The notes: generated by a model from the letters alone, not told the origin. A DNA stretch of 45,526 nt from Folioceros fuciformis (GCA_049999805.1 JBNGIO010006183.1:186414-231939), one strand, 5' to 3'; numbered from the stretch's first letter, positions 10,461 to 25,837 are shown. Translations and numbers: made by a program.

Positions 10461-13400
10461 TCAACGTAATTCCAAAGCGTAGACATGGTCGTCTCTGCAA
10501 CCTACAAATAGTCGCCCTCCCATCATCACTGGAGACGAGAAAACTTCTCCCGGAAGCCGCAGTCTAGCTACCTCATGAGCTTTCATGACATTGCTGGATG
10601 CGCTCCCTGTTTGATTGGATTCCGAAGAAAGCCCTGTGCTGACGTCTAGCTTGTCAGGTCTTCTAGACTCAGGAGTAGGCATCGCCTCCTGCGAGCCCTC
10701 TGTAATGATTTGCAGCAGCGAGACAATGCCTCCGGTAGTGCATACGCAAATTAGCCTGTCAGTAGGCAACTGTCAAGGAAGTTGCGACCGATGCAGGGAT
10801 CACGCCTAGACAGTACGTGCTTAATGGCCCACAGAGCTACAACATAATTCACCTGGAGGTTTTGTTGGCACCTTTGGACAACAGCTGAAGGCTGTCGTCC
10901 ACACAGCAGGAGGCTGTTACGGGATCGTCGACGCTATGCTCCCACAGAACGTGTCCGGTACCCTGCAGACCAACAAGCAGAAATACAAGATAGTCAAATG
11001 GGGTCAGCACGCCCTCGTCAAAGAGAGCAAAAGGCGAAGGAAACTGCAGCCTTGGTATGGTGTCGCCTTTACTTAACTGGCCTGATGGCATACAAGAATC
11101 CGGTCCTACAGCACACCAGCAACTGCGGGACCACCACTCAAGCGCTCTTCAGAAGACAGATCCTGCAGAAGGAAACAAAAGAGACGGTATACAAACACTG
11201 TTTTATCTCACCTGGTCAGGCAGACAAGCTGATAAGCAGGCACCACCAAACACCGGCCCCTTCACGGTCACCTGTGTCCACTGACGATACTCATCAGGTC
11301 CTTCAGAGGAGCACCTCCTCCCGACAACTCTGAGACATGGAGAACATGTTTGCATGCTGGGACAACGCACCTTCCATGCTATCTCTCCCTCTGGAGTAAA
11401 GGCCGTCACAAATCCACTCACTAACACGCAGATAACTGCACACAGAAGGAAAAGGTTCAAAAGAGAGCTTTTCCTACTGATTCTACCCTTCACAATGCGT
11501 AGCACCGAGAGACAGGGAAGATAACACACGAAAATGTGACGCTGTGTCCACGACAGGTGACCCAAAGACTGCAGCACCACATGTGTTTGTCCACAGCAGC
11601 GATGGAGATGGCTGAACAGCGTGCATTGAGGGTCAGCTGTCGGCAAAATTAACTGAAGCAAGTGCAAACAACAAGATATTCGGACACCCTTTTTAACTGC
11701 AACCATACTTCCGTTAGGATGGCGCTGATAATCCCGCTGGTGGAGGCAACGTATAGCCGGCACATAACCTACAGTGCTACGCTTAGCTCTCAAAGACAAT
11801 GAATGACAATAGCATGCCAAGCTACAGAGGGAGCAGATTGAGCAGAAGAAGATTAATTGCCGCACCAGATCGCAAGCAGGAGCACCGAAAACGCTACCCC
11901 CACACGTATGTTGCCAGACACAGCACTGTTGTACGCTATCAAGGGCATATATATTATGATCATGTGATCCACACCTGCAGTAAGCAGCGTATAGTTGAGA
12001 GGAAGCAATGCAAAGGAGAAAAACAAAGCATTAAAAGGAAATGAGAATGTACCATATCAAGCCAGTGCAAGGATCCAGAGTTGGCTGGCATTTCACCTGT
12101 CAAACCATTCAACACCCATTGAAGCATGCAAAAATTTAGGAACAACGTATACAATACGGAGGTCTTCAAGAAGAACTTACTTGAGGTCATTCCTACCTCG
12201 CCCCCTGTCTGAAATGTCCAAACTATCCTGCCGTCCCAGTAGTCAAAGAAGTAGATGAGCCCGTCATAGCACCCAACAATCACCTGGAGAACAGAAGGAT
12301 CCTTGCCATAGTTGAGGGCAAAGATATCAATCATAACACACGTTAGAGATGCAATTACCTGGTTGAAATCAAAACTGACAGCCGCTGATGACTCTATCCG
12401 CCCTCCTACTTCTGTCTCCCACAGCAGCTCACCACTGCATAAGGCATAAGGTATTTAAAAGTTACATGACATCTTGCATATACTACAAAAAGCTGTCTTT
12501 AATAGTCACAAAACATCTTGCATACACAACAAAAAGCTTTCTTGTAACCTGATCGACTCACCTTGCAGCATCGATGCAAACAAAGCGTTTTGCATGTGAG
12601 CCAATGAACAACCTCCATTCACCTGCAGTATGCACTAAAAGAGGCGATCCGTCTACACAAGAATGGAGTGAGACTCTCCAGCATGGCTGCAGCTGTCTTG
12701 AATCAAGCCCGTGTACCTCAAGAATTGGGAGTACACGAGACCCCTGTGAAAGTTCTCGGACACAGATACTATTACATCTAGTGAGCGCAAGTGGCCCTGG
12801 AAAATCAAGATGGAAGGGCCACAATAGCTCCCCCCTTCCTTTCACAGTCCCCACAAAAGATGTGTCGCCACTCATTGGAGCTTCTTGTTCTGTGCGAGCA
12901 CCTGGAGGTCCTACAGCATCCACACCCCGCAACAATTCAATCTGAGTAGAGACTCTACAAATGAGGCTACGTTCCAGTGAGCCTGTCAACCTTGATGATT
13001 CCAGAGCAGCTGTCTTGGTCCAAGTAGTTGACTCATGCATTGCATGGATAGCTGAGCAAAGCTCTGTGGCTGTGGGGTATGAATATAGGAGTAGCATGTC
13101 AATGCTCAAAATGTGTGCTACATGAGCGGCTGATACTGATGTTCCGCCAAGTGCAAAGAAATCAGCAGAAGGAGAGACGCGTTCCAGGTTCAGAACATGT
13201 GCAAAGACCTGGAAGAAGCAAAAATAAGCTGGAATTAGGAACAAATCACATGGATATAATTTGCAACAGTTGTTGGCTGCTAAAGCAGAAATATGCCTGT
13301 ACGATTTTGTTGACGGTATCACAATAATGATGTGTATCCAGCGCTGCCCCGTAAACATTAGTCTGTTTTGTAGAAAGAGTAGCGTAATCTACCTTCCCGG

Positions 13401-15611
13401 AACTGGTCACTGGCATAGCTCTCAGTACCTCTATTTGCTGAGGAACCATGAAAGATGGTAGCCTCTCCGCTAACCAGTTTCTTAGATCGTCAGGGCGCTC
13501 TTCATAATCGAGAACAACAAATGCTACAAGATGCAGTCCCCCATTATGCCAAGTTCGAGTCAAAACTGCAGCCTGTTGTACAGCAGCATGTGTTTGGAGA
13601 AGTGCTTCTACTTCTTCAAGCTGTATGCGCTGTCCATGAACCTTGACTAGCCGATCCTTTCTTCCAAGCAACAAGAAGCTGCCATCGGCCAGTAGAGTCA
13701 CAAGATCCCCTGTTTTGAACAAAGCACATTGCTCAGCAGAACCCTGAGACTGTCGTGGCCAAGCATCCAAAAACTTTCTGTTGGTTTCCTGTGGGTCATT
13801 CAGATAGCCTACAGCAACGCCACATCCAGCCACCCACAACTCTCCTTCTCCTGATGTCACAACGGAGTCATTTTCTGAAACAACAAATGCCTGTAGTCCA
13901 GATATTGGCCTGCCAATGGGAACTGTAGACGTCTTCAATTGAGTGGCGTGAAGTAAGCTGACCTCAAAGTAAGTACAGTCCCCAGACACCTGAAGGACAA
14001 AACCACGACAGACACAATCAGCAAGAGAGGTTAGCATTCAAATCACATATTACATCAAGTTGGAATTATTTATGGTGTCATGAAGAGCAGAGTCGATCGC
14101 ACCTCTGTACTACCATAAAGGTTCAGAATCGTTGTTGTCACCAAGAGCTGGTCAAGAGCTTGCCATAACCAGGTTTGCAATTGTTCCCCACTGAGCACTA
14201 GGATGCGTAAACTCAAAGCCGTTGCTTCGTTTTGCAGTCGAGGCAAAAGTGCATGCAGCAGGGATGGAACAGCGATCAGCCTCGTGATGTGATAATCCTA
14301 CAACAAACCAGAAACCGAATGAGCGGTCAAAGACACAACCACTGCCACATTTGCAGCAAATGCTTACGTAAGCCCAGAGTTGACTGTTGAACCTTCAATG
14401 TATCAAAAAGGATGAGAGGATTTCTTGATATCTGATTTCTTGGCGGAACAACCAAAAGACTAGCAGTAAGCAGCGGGCCCAATGCTTCGGTCAAGTGATC
14501 CACAAAGCCAATAGCAGTCTTAAAGCATCCCACGTCCCCGTCCAAATGTGGATAATTATCTTCCATCCATCTCAACCGATTCATCAGACCTGCAACGCCG
14601 TAAGGACATGAGGTACACGCTCAAAATGAAGGAACTCTGAATCCTTCACAAAGCACTAAAGCAGCAGGCTGCTTCTTGAATTGACACCTGTCTCTGTGCC
14701 ACATACTCCTCTTGGGGTACCTGTTGACCCTGATGTGTACAAAACGTACAAATATGAAGCCTTGCGTGAACTGCCTAGCCTTAATGGACAAGTCTTTGCC
14801 TGCAAGCCTTTCACGAATCCCTCCTGCACCGAAAGCACTGGGCAAGCAAACGTGCTGGCAATCTTTGTCACATCCATTCCATCGCTTCGGGGGGACCACA
14901 ACAAATGGTGGCAACAAATGACGAGACATGGCTTGCAGCTAAGTGCCACAGCTTCAAGTCTTCTTAGAGGCCAGGACAAGTCCAGTGGAACGAAGGCCGC
15001 CCCAGCTTTCACAACAGACAGAAGACAAACCAAATACTCCACCGAATTAACCATCATAAGTCCAATCTTCCTCTCGCAATCTCCACTTTCAGAAGTGGCA
15101 CGGTCTGCGACTAGTGCAATTCCAGGGAATTCGAGCTGAGCATCACCTTCCCACCCTGTCCCTGCCCGTCCAGAGGAATTTGCTTACGTGCCAATGCAGT
15201 CCAAGCCCACGAACGTGAAAATAGCGTTGCACCTAAACATGCGTCCTGCCTCAGCTGGCAATCAAGACCAAACGTACCCTCGAGTACAGCAGCAGCGTCA
15301 CAGCTTCTGCCCACAACATGCTCCAGAAGTACTGCCAACAAGTCAACAGCCAGAAGAAGTTCTCCATAGGTGTGCCCCACATCTGAGCTCCTGCAATTCA
15401 CTCCTTCCGAAATTGCCAATGAACACTCCAATCCATCATCGATGGCTGAAGCTTCAGCCTTGGAACCAGCGGATGACTGCCGAGAGCCGTCGGTGGAAGA
15501 AGTGGAGCGAGCGGATACATGCAGCACAGCAATATTCTCCGAACAGCGGGAAGCCACAGACTGGAATGCATCCAGCAAAGACCCTTGCTTAGAACAGCCA
15601 GCAGTCGGCAT
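10461..15611 (-). CDS. AAE19: Acyl-activating enzyme 19 / AASDH (ACSF4)-like: adenylation domain + phosphopantetheine carrier + PQQ-type beta-propeller, multi-exon
   Basis: A-domain motifs [65 protein letters not shown]. Carrier motif DFFALGGTS. Propeller repeats [34 protein letters not shown]...[10 protein letters not shown]. Probable ATG at 15611, stop at 10461. Confidence 0.9.
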
Positions 15612-15759
15612 TGAATCAATCCCCAATTCGCGTCCAGCTACTCCTTAGCAAGCTCAAGTTCATAACTGAGCAGGCTTCATAACATTAACATCTCAACTTG
15701 AAAGAGTATCGCATAGTGTAAGGGAAGAAATTTAAACAAGCAGGCTCTGGCAGCATGGA

Positions 15760-18675
15760 ATGCTGCAATCGCTGCCATGGAGTGCAGCTGCTGCCATGCA
15801 GGAACGGTTTGCAGCTTGGATGTGTTTCGGTGCATGCAAAAGTGGGGCAGTCATCCCGACTTCAGGCACAAGCGGTGGAACCAGGCCCTGTGGCTACATA
15901 TTGCTGGGCTGGATTCCCGAGATGCTCGGCTGCAGGTTGCAACCAGGGACATTCCTGGTTCTGTACTTCCCCTCAACGCGTCTCCAAGGTAGATGGGCTT
16001 CGTGTTGTCAGAACTTTTTTTCTGTCATTGTGCTGCGCTGCATTGTGACGTGTCGGGACGTTTGCAATTGCAGAGAGTCAGGCACGTCTCTGGACGCGCG
16101 TGAATTGGAGACATTATTTTGGAAGGGGTGGCTGCGCGAGGCACTACTCTGCTTGGAACAGCAGGGAGTAGTGCCCTCGGATCGGGTGTACAAGAATTTA
16201 CTGCAGGCCTGTGGCAAACGGAAGGCAGTTGTAGAGGCCAAGCTGGTACATGCTCATTTGACAAAGCATGGGCTAGAGTCCAACAGGGTGTTGGGCGACC
16301 TTCTAGTCACCACGCTGGTCACCTGTGGGATGTTTGAAGATGGACTTGAGGTCTTCAAGAAGTTCCACTATCGGACTGTTTATTCTTGGACAGCTATCAT
16401 TTCAGGGTACAGCAATGCTGGACAGTGTCGCCAAGCTCTGGCATGCTATGAGGAGATGCTACTGTCCGGTGTGGAGCCTGACAAATATACGTTTGTTGCC
16501 TTGCTTAAAGCTTGCAGCAGGTTGGAGGAGCTGGAAAAGGGCCAGCGGATTCATGCTGATATCGTGAGACGTGGGCTGGAAAATGATGTCTTCATCGGGA
16601 ACACGCTAGTTAGCATGTATGCGAAGTGTGGGAGCATCCTGATCGCACAGCAGGTGTTTGATTGTTTGTCGCAACGCAATGTGGTGTCGTGGAGTGTCAT
16701 GATCTCAGCGTATGCTAAGTATGGGCAAGGGGAGCAAGCTTTAAAGGTTTATGCGCAAATGCAACACGAAGGAATCAAAGCTGATGCTCGGACCTTTGTC
16801 AGCGTTTTCCAAGCATGCGGCATGATTGCAGAAAGTGAGGAAAGTGTGTGCGTGGATGAGGAGCACTTCAAGGTGGGGTTATTGCGACAGGGTAAGGAAG
16901 CACATGCTGCAGCAGCAGGGAGAGGGTGTGACGCGGACATCTTTGTTGGCAACAGTCTGGTCTCCATGTATGCAAAGTGTGGGAGCATCGACAATGCATA
17001 CCATGTGTTTGATAGCTTGTCTCTGCGAGATGTGGTGTCATGGAATGCACTACTTGCAGCGCATGCCCAGCAGGGTCAGGCAGAAACAGCGGTGCACATC
17101 TATGGCCGGATGGTGGAAGAAGGTATCAAGCCAACTGGACGGACTTTTGCCAGTGCTCTACAGTCGTGCAGCACCCTTGCAGAAAGGGAGGACGCGATGT
17201 ACCTGGATGGGGGGTATGTGAAGGTGGAGTCTCTGCAGAAGGGGAAGGAGATTCATGCGGATGCCACCGGAAGTGGTTGTGAATTGGACGCCATTGTTGG
17301 TAACGCTTTGGTGACTATGTATGCAAAATGTGGGAGCATCGTGGATGCGCAGCAAATATTCGACGGGTTGAATAAACATGATGTTGTGACATGGACAGCA
17401 ATTATCGCAGCTTATGTACAGCAGGATCAAGGGGACAAGGCTCTAGAGTGCTTTTGGCGGATGCAAGAGAAACGCATCAGGCCAAACTCCCGGACATTCG
17501 TTAGTGCACTCCAAGCTTGTTGTGTGATGGCAGAAGTGGAGGACTTCGCACTCGTGGATGGTCAGAACGTGAAAGATGACTCACTCCGCAGAGGAAGGGA
17601 AATACATGCTGAAGCTGCGGGCATGGGTTTGGAATCGGATGTGTTTGTGAGTAGCACTTTGGTTACTATGTACGCAAAGTGCGGGAGCATTAGGGACGCC
17701 GAACAGGTGTTCGACAGATTGGCTGATCGTGATGTGGTTTCATGGACTTCCATGATTGCAGCGTATGCTCAGCAGGATCAAGGGGACAAGGCTCTGCAGC
17801 TGTTTGCCCGCATGTCAGGAGAAGGGGTGATTGGTCATGAGGCGACATTTCTCTCGGTCCTGAAGGCGTGCAGCAGTACAGGAGCTTTAGATGTTTGTCT
17901 TGACATTCATAGAATTATAGTAGAATGTGGATTCCAGTCTAACGTGCCTGTAGCAAACAGTCTTATTTATACATTGGGCAAATGTGGAAGCATGAGTCAT
18001 GCTCAACAAACTTTCGACTCACTGCCCGAGCCTGATGTGGTATCATGGACGGCACTTATGGCTGGGTATGCTCGACTGGGAGATGGCCATTCGAGTGTGC
18101 AGTGCTTTGAGAGCATGTGCATGTCAGGTGTGAATCCTAATAAAGTCACCTTTCTGGCACTTCTCTCCGCATGCAGTCATGCTGGCATGGTGGAGCAAGG
18201 CTTAGAGTACTTTGGAAGCATGAAAAGGAAATTCGGCATCTGTCCGGAGCTGGAGCATTATGCTAGTGTAATTGATCTTGTTGGTCGCGCAGGACTCCTC
18301 ACAAAGGCAGAAGAGCTGGTTTTACAAATGCCAATGGAGCCTGATTCATCAATTTGGTTGAGCTTGTTGGGTGCTTGTCGGAAACACGGTGACGTGGAGC
18401 GGGCAAGGCGGGCTTTCCATGGTGCTGTCGGTTTAGATTCAACAAAATCTGCACCATATGTCCTCATGTCAAGTACTTATGCTGATGCCGGTATGTGGCA
18501 TAATGCACAAGAGGTAGATCAATTAAGGCAGAGTGCAAATGCATGGAAGAGGGAGCCAGGCCAAAGCTGGATAGAACATGATGGAGAGGTTCACACGTTT
18601 TTAGTCGGAGACTGCAGACACGGATCCACAGCAGATCTTAACAGACTGTTGCAACAACTGAGTGCAGTCCTGTGA
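15760..18675 (+). CDS. PLS-class PPR protein, E+ type (PG box, no complete DYW), with three 51-aa long-L motifs
   Basis: 20 P/L/S motifs, E1, E2, then WKREPGQSWIEHDGEVHTFLVGD and a stop before any HxE/CxxC. Probable short 5' intron starting at 15989; the true ATG is 15755, 15760 or 15777. Confidence 0.92.
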   Translation: MLQSLPWSAAAAMQERFAAWMCFGACKSGAVIPTSGTSGGTRPCGYILLGWIPEMLGCRLQPGTFLVLYFPSTRLQGRWASCCQNFFSVIVLRCIVTCRDVCNCRESGTSLDARELETLFWKGWLREALLCLEQQGVVPSDRVYKNLLQACGKRKAVVEAKLVHAHLTKHGLESNRVLGDLLVTTLVTCGMFEDGLEVFKKFHYRTVYSWTAIISGYSNAGQCRQALACYEEMLLSGVEPDKYTFVALLKACSRLEELEKGQRIHADIVRRGLENDVFIGNTLVSMYAKCGSILIAQQVFDCLSQRNVVSWSVMISAYAKYGQGEQALKVYAQMQHEGIKADARTFVSVFQACGMIAESEESVCVDEEHFKVGLLRQGKEAHAAAAGRGCDADIFVGNSLVSMYAKCGSIDNAYHVFDSLSLRDVVSWNALLAAHAQQGQAETAVHIYGRMVEEGIKPTGRTFASALQSCSTLAEREDAMYLDGGYVKVESLQKGKEIHADATGSGCELDAIVGNALVTMYAKCGSIVDAQQIFDGLNKHDVVTWTAIIAAYVQQDQGDKALECFWRMQEKRIRPNSRTFVSALQACCVMAEVEDFALVDGQNVKDDSLRRGREIHAEAAGMGLESDVFVSSTLVTMYAKCGSIRDAEQVFDRLADRDVVSWTSMIAAYAQQDQGDKALQLFARMSGEGVIGHEATFLSVLKACSSTGALDVCLDIHRIIVECGFQSNVPVANSLIYTLGKCGSMSHAQQTFDSLPEPDVVSWTALMAGYARLGDGHSSVQCFESMCMSGVNPNKVTFLALLSACSHAGMVEQGLEYFGSMKRKFGICPELEHYASVIDLVGRAGLLTKAEELVLQMPMEPDSSIWLSLLGACRKHGDVERARRAFHGAVGLDSTKSAPYVLMSSTYADAGMWHNAQEVDQLRQSANAWKREPGQSWIEHDGEVHTFLVGDCRHGSTADLNRLLQQLSAVL

Positions 18676-18844
18676 CGAGGATAGAGAAGTGTTTCAGGCA
18701 AGTTATAGAAGCACCAAGTGATTGACATAAATGACTTGATGTAGAAGCTTGAGGTGCTTGTACAAAAGAATGAGAAGCAATAGTAGCATTACTTGATAGG
18801 GAATTACTTGAAAGGGAATGTCTATTCTCATTGGGAGTGGAAGG

Positions 18845-19270
18845 CTAGTGTTTGGATGGAAAGCTGGTTAAGGGATCATCAACATTTGTAGGAGACTTTC
18901 CTTTTTGTTGGCGCAATTGTCGTGAGGGCTCAAGTGTCCAAGGAGGATTCTCATTGTTAAATGATGACTTAAAGGCTTGATAAAATAATAGCGATGCTTG
19001 ATGAAGATGAGAGCCTTGCATATCTATAGGAATGTCTACACCATCAACAAGAAGATTAATAACAATACTAAACAATTCATGGAAGAGCTCTTTCATAGTT
19101 TGGGAAGCACCCATCTTAACATTCCTTAGCCGTTGAAGGTGAACTCGAGTATGCTCTAGGCCATATAGCTTATGCTCCAAATCATGTAGTTCCTACTCCA
19201 AACAACCATGTAGAACATTCAAAGATTGTAAAGCTTGTACTAGTAGCTTGATGTCTAGTACTCTTTCCAT
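18845..19270 (-). mobile_element. Degenerate Ty1/copia gag-like fragment
   Basis: LQRLRNVKMGASQTMKELFHELFSIVINLLVDGVDIP..QASLLFYQAF resembles the Retrotran_gag_2 pattern (L..LKM.....V.EH...F..IV..L...G..I). There is an in-frame stop upstream and the region is AT-rich. Confidence 0.4.
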
Positions 19271-19344
19271 ACTTGTCATATACCATCTATGCTCCCTAAA
19301 AAACCTTCACCTTAAGAAACTAACAAACAAGGTTTAGTCACTTT

Positions 19345-20302
19345 TTGCCTAAGACAAGCATTCACATGTATCTTAGAAATTTGAAGTCTAGGTCATGTTG
19401 TTTAGACGAATCTCACAATCTTGAAATTGTGTCTCATAACCTTCAAGACTTATCTCAAATTCATGAAACTTAAGACATTGTTTACGTGTATCTCAAAACA
19501 TGATGCCTAAGACACGTTGTTTAAATTATCTCAAAAACTCGAAGCCATATCTTAGAGACTTGAAGCCATATCTTCTAGACTTGAAGTAATATCTTAGAAA
19601 CTTGAAGCGGTATATCATGAAAAGGAAGGTTGATTCACGTTATTAAATGTGTCTAAAAGAGGTATCCCATGAACAATTGAGAAATGGTGTGCCATATGCA
19701 GGAAGCCTAAGACACGTTGTATCTCAGAAACCTGAAGCCGAAGACACAAGAGTCAACATATCTCAGAAACCTAAAGCCTAAGATCTGCTACTTAGAAGTA
19801 TCTTAGATAGTAGACATAGCCTAAGATCTGTTACATAGAAGTATCTTAGATAGTAGACATATCTTAGAAACATGAAGCATAGTAAGACACACTGTTGGAT
19901 GTATCTTAGGAACTTGAAGCCATATCTCATAAACATGAAGTCTGAAAAGACGTGTTGGTAGATGTATCTCATAAACTTGAAGCCATGAAACCTCATACAC
20001 ATTGTTTAGACCTATCTCATTAACTTGAAGCTGTAACTTAGAAACCTAAAGCCTAAGACACACTACTTAGAAGTGTCTTAGGAGCATACGTATCTTAGAA
20101 AGTTGAAGCCGAATACATGCGGTTTAAACTTAACTAAGCCTAAGACATGGTGTTTAGACATGCTATTTAAACTTAACTAAGCCTAAGATATGGTGTTTAA
20201 ACGTTATTTCAGAAGCCTAATGTCTAAGACACGCTGTTTTGACATGATATCAAAAACCTAATGTCTAGCACACGCTTTTTAGACTTATCTTAGAAACCTA
20301 GA
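19345..20302. repeat. Degenerate AT-rich minisatellite built from two sub-units
   Basis: Many divergent copies of TATCTYAGAAACTTGAAGC interleaved with CCTAAGACACGTTGTTTAGA. Confidence 0.8.
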
Positions 20303-20639
20303 GCGTGATAAGAGAATATGTAATCACCTATTCTATCTTTCTACAAGAGAACCAGTTTGTAGAAAGAGCGTTTAATGTCGGTTAAAGAGTAAGATGCCTT
20401 CCTACAGAGGATATCTCGACAAACCATGGATGCACATAGTTCAAGAGAAGGTCTTCTAGAGCGCAGACAACCTGGGCCGCCGTGTGACTTCGAAGACCGA
20501 CTTCCATCTCCTGGTTGCCAGGAAAGTGACCCCACCGCGGCCGTTGGGGTAGATGGCTTTCGGGGATGAACCCGGGGCTCAACAAAATGAAGGCCACAGT
20601 GAGATGAGACTGGACAGGAGCTTCTATTACTTCAACACA

Positions 20640-21630
20640 CGATTCCATTATATAGCGAGAAATTGGGCACCTTCAAAAGTGTCAACAATCTGGCCATGTT
20701 GCTTGTTTCTGTAAATGCCCTCTTGTTTACACTAGCTTGTTGAATAATATTACGGCTACTAATCAAGAGTCTCTTCCTTTTCTAATACTCCTCCTTCATT
20801 GCCTTCCTCACCTTCTAATCAAGAGTCTCTTTCTCTTTCAGATACTCCTCCTTCATTGCCTTCCTCACCTTTTCATCTTTCACTCCTCGCCTTGTTGAGT
20901 GCTGCTAGTATGATTCATAGTGAATGGAATATAGATTGTGGGGCATTTCAACATGTGACTGGAAGAAGAGATCTTTTTTCAAATTTGAATCTAGGTCTGA
21001 TGGGCAACTATTATATGTTGGCTATAACTCTTCTTATCGTGTCAAGGACACAGGTGATATTGGTGTTATACAATATTATTGGACAATAACATATTTGCAT
21101 AATGTTCTATATGTTCCAAGTCTACTCAAAAATTTGTTATCGGCTCAAGCGTTGTGTCAACTTGGCCTCTCTGTTGAGTTTCACATTGATAATTGTATTA
21201 TTAAAAAAGTTTCTACTCAAAATATTGTTGCTTTTGGCAAACCTTATGGACGATTTTATAAGTTATATTGCTAGGGGATTTTAATGCAAGATGCCGGTTA
21301 TTATGCAGAACTTCCATTATTGCTATTATAGCGGCTGTGTTTGGGTCATGTGCACACACAGACATTCTCCAAATTGTTCATTACTATGAATTTCATGTCC
21401 CCACACTAAACAACTGTTTTGCTTGTTGTCATATTATGTTTGAAAAGCATCAACAAAAGGTTCTTTTCTCCTCATCCCAACTTGCAAGTTCTCGTACTAT
21501 TGGGGCCAGAGTTGTTCACTGTGATGTTTGTCAGCCTTTTTCATACACTTCTTTCAAGGGTTTGGCTATTTTGTTGCTTTCCTTGATGATTCTAAAGACC
21601 GCGTTCAGGCATTTACTTTTCACATGATCG
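20640..21630 (+). mobile_element. Decayed Ty1/copia LTR-retrotransposon gag-pol remnant (protease, pre-integrase and integrase start), frameshifted
   Basis: EWNIDCGAFQHVTG matches the copia protease motif W..DSGA..HMT. LHNVLYVPSLLKNLLS...GLSVEF...CII...G.....YKL follows, then VVHCDVCQPF, matching integrase LVHSDVCGP. A possible zinc-knuckle remnant EIGHLQKC lies near 20660. The pieces are in different frames and no LTR or PBS was found. Confidence 0.8.
20759..20875. repeat. ~56-bp tandem duplication
   Basis: ctaatcaagagtctctt...tactcctccttcattgccttcctcacctt occurs twice. Confidence 0.8.
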
Positions 21631-22008
21631 CTATGGGGTAATATTTTGAACATCTTACTAGTTACCTACTTAAAACATTACACACTCTTCTTTTATTTTT
21701 TCCTATAGAAATATAATCCACATAGAAAATAAAAGTGAATATAGCTCAAAGGATTTTCAAGGCTCCTCATCTTTAGGAATGCCAAGAGGTGCCACAATCT
21801 GGAGCATAAATTTATGGTTTTATCCATGGGTATGTATCTCCTGTACAGCATCTCACTAGGTAATGGATGTCCTGCTCAAGGCTATTTCACATGCACGGCT
21901 GATTGCCAAGACGCTACAACAAACTTGTATCAGCGAAAAAATGATGAAAAAATAGCTCAAATCCATTTGTTTCAAGTCAGGTCTGCACTCGAGAACTCAA
22001 TTAGCAGA

Positions 22009-25722
<3,714 letters not shown>

Positions 25723-25792
25723 GGCGATGCCGAAAATACCAGGAATTGAGCGAACCCGAAGCTCGCATCGCCCGCAACCTTCTCCCCTGCTT

Positions 25793-25800
25793 AAACCCTA
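25793..25800. promoter_or_regulatory. Telobox (AAACCCTA) near the ArgRS 5' end, with site-II-like TGGGCC/GGCCCA elements at ~26040-26095
   Basis: ttaaacccta lies ~70 bp upstream of the ArgRS ATG. Telobox plus site II is typical of plant translation-machinery genes. Confidence 0.45.
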
Positions 25801-25837
25801 CTCTCGTTTCAAGCTTGCCCTTTCACTTGACCTACAT

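Noticed and set aside
19345-20302. Repeat array considered as CRISPR-like
   Set aside because: Eukaryotic context, degenerate units, no unique spacers and no cas genes
20518-20585. GGAAAGTGACCCC ... CGGGGCTCA resembling the RNase MRP P4 halves
   Set aside because: Spacing (~50 nt) is far too short, there is no USE/TATA, and it lies within the TE island
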